Source: Clostridia bacterium (GTDB lineage Bacteria; Bacillota; Clostridia; Christensenellales; CAG-138). From it: 64,000 nucleotides of DNA. Position 1 is the first letter of the stretch, and every line of letters begins with the position of its first letter. A program made the position numbers and the translations under genes. The stretch lies in assembly GCA_017407205.1 (NCBI GenBank), contig JAFQXA010000034.1:35584-99583 (forward strand). Direction: 5' to 3'. Shown in pieces: positions 57,901 to 64,000 of this stretch. Below the pieces are notes generated by a model. That model worked only from the letters and a program-made list of their open reading frames with translations. It had not been told where the DNA came from and ran no database searches.

Positions 57901-58698
57901 TTGAAAGCAATAATTGTTGAAAGCGATCCTATCCGCAGCGATATGCTTTGCCGTATTCTTGCAGATTACAACGATACAATTACGGTCATCAAAACATTTA
58001 CCGGCACAGATACTCTTTTTGACTTTTTAAACAAAAACCACGTTGACATAATATTTCTTGACATAAGTGCACGCATTGACGGTTTGAAGATTGGTGCTCA
58101 AATTCGCAAGCAATCTTACAATATCGCAATAATATATATATCTTCAACACCTGCGCATGCAGTTGAAGCGTTCAAGGTTTATGCTCAAGGCTATATTTTA
58201 AAACCATTCAATCCAAAGGATATATATGATGCAATAGATAACGCAAAGCATATGCTGATGTTTTCAAAGCGTATTACAGCAGTAACCTTTGGAAATTTTG
58301 ATGTTTTCGCAAACGGCAAAGTTCTGCACTTTTCCCGGACAAAGAGTAAGGAGCTTTTGGCATTGCTCATTGACCGTTGCGGCGGTGAAATCACGCTGAA
58401 CGATGTCATTGAAATTATCCTTAATCTTTCTCCGAATTCAATGGAGGCAAGACAGCTTGCTCGCAAAGTAGTAAGCACTTTGAAGAAAGACCTTGAGTAT
58501 TACGGAATTTCCGATATTTGTTCATTCAAATACGGAGTGTATGCAATAAATCCCTCAGTACTTGACTGTGATTTATACAAGCTTCTTGAGGGCAACAAAG
58601 ATGCCGCTGAGTCATTCACTGGTGACTATATGCTTCAATATCCATGGGCAAAGCAAAGCCTCCCCAAAATTATTGCTTCAAAGGAACTTATGAGCTAA
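57901..58698 (+). CDS. orphan response regulator: receiver plus SARP/OmpR-like winged-helix domain
   Basis: TTG start behind AAGGAG. The receiver has DIIFLDI (phospho-Asp) and ILKPF. C-terminus is FGNFDVFANGKVLHFSRTKSKELLALLI. No histidine kinase in the window. Confidence 0.75.
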   Translation: MKAIIVESDPIRSDMLCRILADYNDTITVIKTFTGTDTLFDFLNKNHVDIIFLDISARIDGLKIGAQIRKQSYNIAIIYISSTPAHAVEAFKVYAQGYILKPFNPKDIYDAIDNAKHMLMFSKRITAVTFGNFDVFANGKVLHFSRTKSKELLALLIDRCGGEITLNDVIEIILNLSPNSMEARQLARKVVSTLKKDLEYYGISDICSFKYGVYAINPSVLDCDLYKLLEGNKDAAESFTGDYMLQYPWAKQSLPKIIASKELMS

Positions 58699-58727
58699 TC
58701 CCCCATCTCCCATATATAAAAAACAGC

Positions 58728-58758
58728 TAAGGCACGCACCATTATGGTGCGTGCCTTA
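58728..58758. terminator. strong bidirectional terminator
   Basis: TAAGGCACGCACC-attat-GGTGCGTGCCTTA. Confidence 0.8.
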
Positions 58759-58783
58759 ACATATTATACATTTTTAATTTGCA

Positions 58784-60910
58784 TTAGAACGGTAATGTGA
58801 TGTAGACGCCGCTGAGAACTCTTACCCTTGCAACTGACTGCGGAAGTGAAGTTCTCAAAGTATTACCGTTGTTTGAAAGGTCACCATGATACCACTTACC
58901 ATTGATGTAGCACTGTGCCCAAACGTGACCGTAACGACCGCCGGAGCTTGAAGTTACCTGACCATGATAGTATCTTGCAGGAACACCGGATGCTCTCCAA
59001 ACAGCTACCAACATATGTGCCAAGTCACAGCAGTTACCTTTACGCTTGTTCCATGTACCCAAAGCACCGAGCTTTGTGTTGTAGTAAACATACCAGTAAG
59101 ATGTCTTAGCCTGGAGGTAATTGAAGATGTTGAATGCCATCTTGTACTGCGTTGTAGCTGAGCCTCTTGCCGTCTTTGATACGGACTTGATTGTTGAGTT
59201 GTTCACCTGGCAGTTTGTTGTTGCCTTTGTATACTTCTCATAGCCTGACGGGCAAGCCTGAAGCTTTGAGCTGGAGCTTGAACTTGAACTTGAGCTGGAG
59301 CTTGATGCTGTTGCACCGAACTTGGAAACTGATACATAGTTGGGAAGATCGCCGTTGGTCTTGTGATAAGCAAGGATTCTTGCAAATGCGTAAATCAATG
59401 ACTTATAACCGACCTTTGATGTCTTATATGTGCAGTATGTAGGAGCTGTTTTTGAATTGGAATCCATGTAAGAAACAACTCTCTTTGCCATATCCTTGTA
59501 ATTTGACTTATAGATGGTCAATGTACCGGAGATACTGTCCGTGCTTGTTGACGGAGCCTTTGCGCCGACTGCCTTGTAAGTATTCGTTGTCTTGCCGTTT
59601 GTCAAATCATAAGTTGCTTTTGCAAAGATGTAAAGGGCGTTGGGCATTGAAACCTTTGTGCCATTGATTGTAACACTGCTGGGCAAAGCTTTCTTTGAAG
59701 CGATATGCGACTTAACAGTAGCTGCAGCGGACTTAACCTGTGCCATTGTGAATGTTGTTGCAGCCGGTGCTGTTGTCGGCTTTGTTGTGGGAGCCACAGT
59801 TGCTGTGGGAGCCTTAGTTGCAGTAGTGGTTGTTGAAGTTGTGAACTTCTTCCATGCCTGTACTGCTACATAGTTGGGAAGCGTATTGCTGTTTGCCTTG
59901 TAGTAAGCAAGGATTCTTGCAAATGCATAAACTACAACTGCATAGCAGAGCTCGCCGTTAGCTGTTGTTGATGCATAGTTGGGAGCCTGTGAATTTGTCG
60001 TAAAGAAGTTATAAACGTTGTCTGCAATCTTTACGTATGCAGCCTTCTGAATGTTACCCGCTTTTGTTGTGTCGAGAGCTACAGGTGATTCAGGAGCTTT
60101 CATTGCCTTTGAATAGATTGACAAAGAAGTTGAACCGTCATTAATGTTGCAGATAGCTGCTGCCATCATTCTCAAGAATGTGGGAGTTGCGGTTACGTAG
60201 CTGCCAATCTTCAAAGTTGCAGGAATAGCTTTCTTTGACTCGATTGTTTTCTTAAGAGTTGTTGCAGCTGTTGTGATCTGTGCCAATGTGAATGACATGC
60301 TGTTTGTTGTTGTAACAGCTGTTGTCGGAGTCGGAGTCTTTGTGGGAGCTACAGTTGCAGGAGCTGCAGTAGTGGTTGTTGCTGTGCCTGTAAATGTCTT
60401 CCACGGTGTCAAAGCAACCGTTGCAGGAAGTCTTGAATTTGTCTTGTAAAATACCAAAGCCTTTGCATACATATACATGAGGTTGCAGTAGTTAACCGTA
60501 ACTGAACCGATTGTTGCAAAGTTGGGCATTGTCTTGTTTGTTGCAACATAATCCAAAAGAACCTTTGTTTTTGCAGCATAATCTGCCAAAGCAATTGTAC
60601 CATTTACAGTATCAACTGCTGTCGGGTTTTCAGCTGCTGCAACTTCCGTTACGTCAAGAGCGTTCTTTGAGCCGTTTGCAAGATTGTCAACCTGCTTGAA
60701 CATCAAGAGTGTGAACTCAGAATGCTTCAATGTGTTTCCTGCTACCGTTACCGTAGCCGGTGTGTACTTGTTTTTCTCAATAAATGTCTGCACATTTGTT
60801 GCTGCAGTATAAAGATCGGCCGCTGTAACAGTTGTTGCAGCCAATGACACCATAGGTATTACGGAGAATACCATAATGAGTGCCAATACAAGGGATAAAG
60901 CTTTTTTCAT
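58784..60910 (-). CDS. secreted PMBR-like repeat protein with a C-terminal transglutaminase-like cysteine-protease core
   Basis: Signal peptide MKKALSLVLALIMVFSVIPMVSLA. Repeated modules (FTLAQITTAATTLKKTIESKKAIPATLKI; FARILAYYKANSNTLPNYVAV; FARILAYHKTNGDLPNYVSV) are separated by T/P/A linkers, followed by a poly-Ser run. Core is GNCCDLAHMLVAVWRASGVPARYYHG...GHVWAQCYINGKWYHGD (Cys-His-Asp), ~58784-59175. Confidence 0.75.
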   Translation of the reverse strand: MKKALSLVLALIMVFSVIPMVSLAATTVTAADLYTAATNVQTFIEKNKYTPATVTVAGNTLKHSEFTLLMFKQVDNLANGSKNALDVTEVAAAENPTAVDTVNGTIALADYAAKTKVLLDYVATNKTMPNFATIGSVTVNYCNLMYMYAKALVFYKTNSRLPATVALTPWKTFTGTATTTTAAPATVAPTKTPTPTTAVTTTNSMSFTLAQITTAATTLKKTIESKKAIPATLKIGSYVTATPTFLRMMAAAICNINDGSTSLSIYSKAMKAPESPVALDTTKAGNIQKAAYVKIADNVYNFFTTNSQAPNYASTTANGELCYAVVVYAFARILAYYKANSNTLPNYVAVQAWKKFTTSTTTTATKAPTATVAPTTKPTTAPAATTFTMAQVKSAAATVKSHIASKKALPSSVTINGTKVSMPNALYIFAKATYDLTNGKTTNTYKAVGAKAPSTSTDSISGTLTIYKSNYKDMAKRVVSYMDSNSKTAPTYCTYKTSKVGYKSLIYAFARILAYHKTNGDLPNYVSVSKFGATASSSSSSSSSSSSSKLQACPSGYEKYTKATTNCQVNNSTIKSVSKTARGSATTQYKMAFNIFNYLQAKTSYWYVYYNTKLGALGTWNKRKGNCCDLAHMLVAVWRASGVPARYYHGQVTSSSGGRYGHVWAQCYINGKWYHGDLSNNGNTLRTSLPQSVARVRVLSGVYITLPF
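59267..59305 (-). repeat. 13-codon poly-Ser tract built from a near-palindromic DNA repeat
   Basis: tgagctggagcttga-acttgaact-tgagctggagcttga. Encodes S13 between the last repeat module and the catalytic domain. Confidence 0.8.
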
Positions 60911-61146
60911 TTTTTATTACCTCCTTTGGGGGGATTTTATTTGGAAAGCAGTAAAGCAAGCCTTTTTTTGCTGAAGCATTGCTATTCTCTTCCTCTTGGA
61001 GTTATTATACCATTTTTTACTTATTTAATGATATATATTTTTTCGTTTTCTTAATATCAATTGCTTATCATTTAAGTTTTTTTGAAAGATTTACCATAAG
61101 TAAAAATTATATTAACCTCTTGTTTGATAAAAAAAATAATATCCAT

Positions 61147-63561
61147 TTATTGTTTTTTAAGTATGTCTTCTACCCTTTTTCTGTATATTTCGGAGAGTTC
61201 TTCAGAATACTCCTCTTTAAAGCTTCCTGCCACCACTCTGCACGCATTAAAGCTTGAATTTGGCTTAACAAGTACCCAGCCATTATCGCACCGTACCCTT
61301 ACACCGTCTATAAGCTCCACTTTATCATCCTGCTCCATTTCAACCAGACTTCTCAGAACTCTGCCTATTTCATAAAACGAGCATTCCTTTTCCTTCTCGC
61401 TTGTATACACCTTGGGCAGAGAATTCAAATAAAGCTCCAGTTTTTTTTGCAAAACTAGCGAAACCGTTTTCAAAATCCTTGCTTCTGCTTCAAACATTTC
61501 AGGATAATAGCTTTGCTTTTTTAAATTTTTTCTCATAAGCACGCTCTTTTCGTTTGGCACTTTTTCAATTATTGCACCGTTCTCACAAAGCAAGCTCACA
61601 TATTCGTCGCTCATTTCTGCCGAAACGACAATTTCTTTTTTGTTCTCTTCCCTCATCCTATCGAGCAAGAACACGGCATCAAGGTCTTTTGCGCTTACAA
61701 GCCTTTCGCCAAAATACACCTCTTTGATGTCATTATCATGATTCACATAAAAGCCCAGTTTTGCACCGCTCGTTATAATGCTTTTTAAAAGCTGTTCTTT
61801 ATTCTCTAAAGGCAACATCCTTGCTCTTATACCGCTGTTTAAAAGCATCCTTGCGACCGCATCATAAACTTCTGTTTTACCACAAATAACGATATCAAAT
61901 TTATATTCGTCCTTTAACTTGGAAATAGGAATTTGCCTTAAAAGTTCCGCCTCATAGGCTCGGTTTGACACAAATTCCCTTTCTGCAATCCCCAGCCTTT
62001 TCGAAGTAACAGGTTTCTTCACTCCTTTTTTTATTTCCCGTTCCAGCTTTCGCAAATCGTTCGCACCAAGCAAAGCTCCGAACTCATCGTGCACCATTAT
62101 TTTCACAAGCTGTGCTTCGTCACCCGTTTTTATATATACACCGCCCGACAATGAAAGGTCTCTGATTGTAAATTCAAACTGTGAAAGCGTTGTGTATCCC
62201 GCATCAAGCACATCTCTGCCCTGCGAAACAATGCCTGATATCAAAGCGTGTTTCAGCATTGCTCCCGCTTGTGTTCCGTCGGTTGCGACCAACATAGCAT
62301 TTTCGCCTTTTAAAACGCTTGCTACCGATTGACCTATCACCACACACTTTTCCGGTGATAACTCTTCATCAGCATATCCTTTTCGGAAATTCTCACCACG
62401 AGCATTTATTTCCTTCTGCCATACGATGTTTTCAAAATACTTCGCACTTTCAAGGAGCTTTCTTGGCCACACAAGAACTGATGAGTCAATCATAACATCC
62501 TTTGCTGTTTGAGTTTTTGCACCAATAACAGCATATTCAAAAACTGAATTCCTGTTGCCGATTTTAACGCCCTCACAAAGAATTGCACCACGGATTTCGC
62601 AGTTTTCTCTGAGATGAACATCCTTCATGAGCACAGAATGCTTAACGCTGCTGTTTCTGCCGATTTTAACATTCCGTCCGATAACAGTTTCAGGACCTAT
62701 TATTACATTTTCCGCAATCTCTGTTCCGCTTCCTATATAGCAAGGTGGTACAAGCACTGCTTCATGAGAAATCCGTGTGCCGTCCTCAATATACACGCCA
62801 TCTCTTACAGGAGATATCAAGTCTGCTCTGCACTTTTTATTCATCAAATCAACTTGTGCGTTCATATACTCACGAATATCACCTATGTCGCACCAATATT
62901 TTGATGTTTCATAACCGTATATCGGCATTTTCCTTTCAAGCATTAAAGGAAATAAATCCTTGCTGAAGTCAACCACCGTATTTTCTTTTATGAGCTCTGT
63001 CGCCTCTTTTTCAAGAATATATATTCCTGTATTCACAAGATCTGAAAAAACCTCGTTCGGCATCGGCTTTTCCAAAAATCTTGTTATAAATCCGTTCTTG
63101 TCGCAAAGCACTACCCCGTACTCGGTCGGATCTTCTACCTTTTTCAGGACAATCGTAGCCGCCGCACCGTTCTTTTTATGCTCTGATATCGCCTCACTTA
63201 AATCAACATCACAGATCGCGTCACCGCTTATTACTAAAACCGACTCATCAATATTATTTCCCAAAGCATAACGAACACTTCCCGCTGTTCCCATTGGCTT
63301 ATCCTCAACAGAGTATTGCATAGATACGCCAAAATACCCACCGTCTCCAAAGTACTCCTTTATGTTGTTTGGAATGTAGTGCAATGTAGCCGTTATATCG
63401 GTAATGCCGTGTTTTTTCAAGAGTTCCACGCAATACTGCATTGTGGGTTTGTTTAAAAGTTCCGCCATAGGCTTTGGTTGTGTGCAGGTAATAGGACGCA
63501 ATCTCTGTCCCTCTCCACCTGCCATTATTACTGCTCGCAAAAAAATAATACCGCCTTTCAT
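61147..63561 (-). CDS. fusion protein: sugar-1-phosphate nucleotidyltransferase + LbH + phosphohexomutase-like domains
   Basis: 804 aa. AVIMAGGEGQRLRPIT (NTP-transferase G-loop), hexapeptide-repeat middle, C-terminal PGM/PMM-like fold (LVATDGTQAGAML...DAGYTTLSQFEF). The start codon is uncertain. Confidence 0.8.
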   Translation of the reverse strand: MKGGIIFLRAVIMAGGEGQRLRPITCTQPKPMAELLNKPTMQYCVELLKKHGITDITATLHYIPNNIKEYFGDGGYFGVSMQYSVEDKPMGTAGSVRYALGNNIDESVLVISGDAICDVDLSEAISEHKKNGAAATIVLKKVEDPTEYGVVLCDKNGFITRFLEKPMPNEVFSDLVNTGIYILEKEATELIKENTVVDFSKDLFPLMLERKMPIYGYETSKYWCDIGDIREYMNAQVDLMNKKCRADLISPVRDGVYIEDGTRISHEAVLVPPCYIGSGTEIAENVIIGPETVIGRNVKIGRNSSVKHSVLMKDVHLRENCEIRGAILCEGVKIGNRNSVFEYAVIGAKTQTAKDVMIDSSVLVWPRKLLESAKYFENIVWQKEINARGENFRKGYADEELSPEKCVVIGQSVASVLKGENAMLVATDGTQAGAMLKHALISGIVSQGRDVLDAGYTTLSQFEFTIRDLSLSGGVYIKTGDEAQLVKIMVHDEFGALLGANDLRKLEREIKKGVKKPVTSKRLGIAEREFVSNRAYEAELLRQIPISKLKDEYKFDIVICGKTEVYDAVARMLLNSGIRARMLPLENKEQLLKSIITSGAKLGFYVNHDNDIKEVYFGERLVSAKDLDAVFLLDRMREENKKEIVVSAEMSDEYVSLLCENGAIIEKVPNEKSVLMRKNLKKQSYYPEMFEAEARILKTVSLVLQKKLELYLNSLPKVYTSEKEKECSFYEIGRVLRSLVEMEQDDKVELIDGVRVRCDNGWVLVKPNSSFNACRVVAGSFKEEYSEELSEIYRKRVEDILKKQ

Positions 63562-63642
63562 AATTGAATTTGCGGTATTATTTTGGTTCTTTTTACTACT
63601 TAATATACTTTTTAAGCCTTAATACACTTTCAAAGTCAGCAA

Positions 63643-64000
63643 TCAATAATTGTCTGCCTTAAGTTCAAAATATGCCTTGGGATGTGCACATACAGGGCAA
63701 AGCTCGGGAGCCTTGGGTGCAATGTGGAGATATCCGCAGTTTAAGCACTTCCATACGCATACGCCGTTGCGCTCGAAAACTTCACCGTTTTCAAGGTTAG
63801 CGATAAGCTTGCGATAACGCTCTTCATGCTCTTTTTCAATCTTACCGACTGCATCAAAGAGATAAGCGATACGATCAAAGCCCTCTTCCTTTGCTTCTTT
63901 TGCAAAAGTTGCATACATATCAGTCCACTCATAGTTTTCGCCTGCTGCTGCATCGTTGAGGTTTTCAAGAGTTGAGGGAACTTCGCCACCGTGGAGGAAT
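63643..64000 (-). CDS. rubrerythrin (N-terminus beyond the window end)
   Basis: Diiron helix motif EKEHEERY and C-terminal rubredoxin-like CLNCGY...CPVCAHP. The frame stays open to the window edge. Confidence 0.9.
   Translation of the reverse strand, partial: FLHGGEVPSTLENLNDAAAGENYEWTDMYATFAKEAKEEGFDRIAYLFDAVGKIEKEHEERYRKLIANLENGEVFERNGVCVWKCLNCGYLHIAPKAPELCPVCAHPKAYFELKADNY

Overview
64-kb chromosomal segment of a low-GC Gram-positive anaerobe. It looks like Clostridia, and the cohesin/dockerin proteins and gene order suggest a Ruminococcus-like organism (inference only). I call about 62 protein genes. I saw no rRNA, tRNA, CRISPR array, transposase or integrase. Most of the window is conserved housekeeping, largely on the minus strand: degV-ligA-pcrA, yraN-rnhB-rbgA-rplS-trmD-rimM-KH-rpsP-ffh-ylxM, asd/aspartokinase/hom with divergent thrC, queA-tgt-tsaE-tsaB-rimI-ridA-comEC-holA, rex-uvrA-uvrB, coaX plus an ECF S-component, and maf. 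The regions worth a second look are these. (1) 1195-2379: a LexA-like XRE/S24 repressor with Cys at the nucleophile position. It is divergent from a small membrane protein whose consensus promoter carries a perfect non-Cheo palindrome, present in three copies. (2) ~14390-14601: a GC-rich, ORF-free region with its own promoter, a candidate structured RNA. (3) 30934-39810: a seven-gene operon with its own promoter and terminators. It encodes a polyprenyl-phosphate GT2, an opine-dehydrogenase-like protein, a B12-binding/mutase-like fusion, an ATP-grasp ligase, a multi-TM flippase-like protein, a CapA-like protein and a sugar-transfer-associated ATP-grasp. This is my best candidate for an undescribed envelope-decoration pathway. 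(4) Three secreted paralogs built from pseudomurein-binding-repeat-like modules: one with cohesin and two dockerins, one with a C-terminal transglutaminase-like Cys-protease core (an architecture like pseudomurein endoisopeptidases), and one with repeats only. An orphan response regulator lies among them. (5) A 72-aa tandem Trp/Ile/Leu plus Cys/Gly micro-protein. (6) A LytTR-DUF3021-ABC operon with 21-bp-phased direct repeats upstream. All functional calls come from reading motifs in the supplied translations and the DNA by eye. No database search was run.
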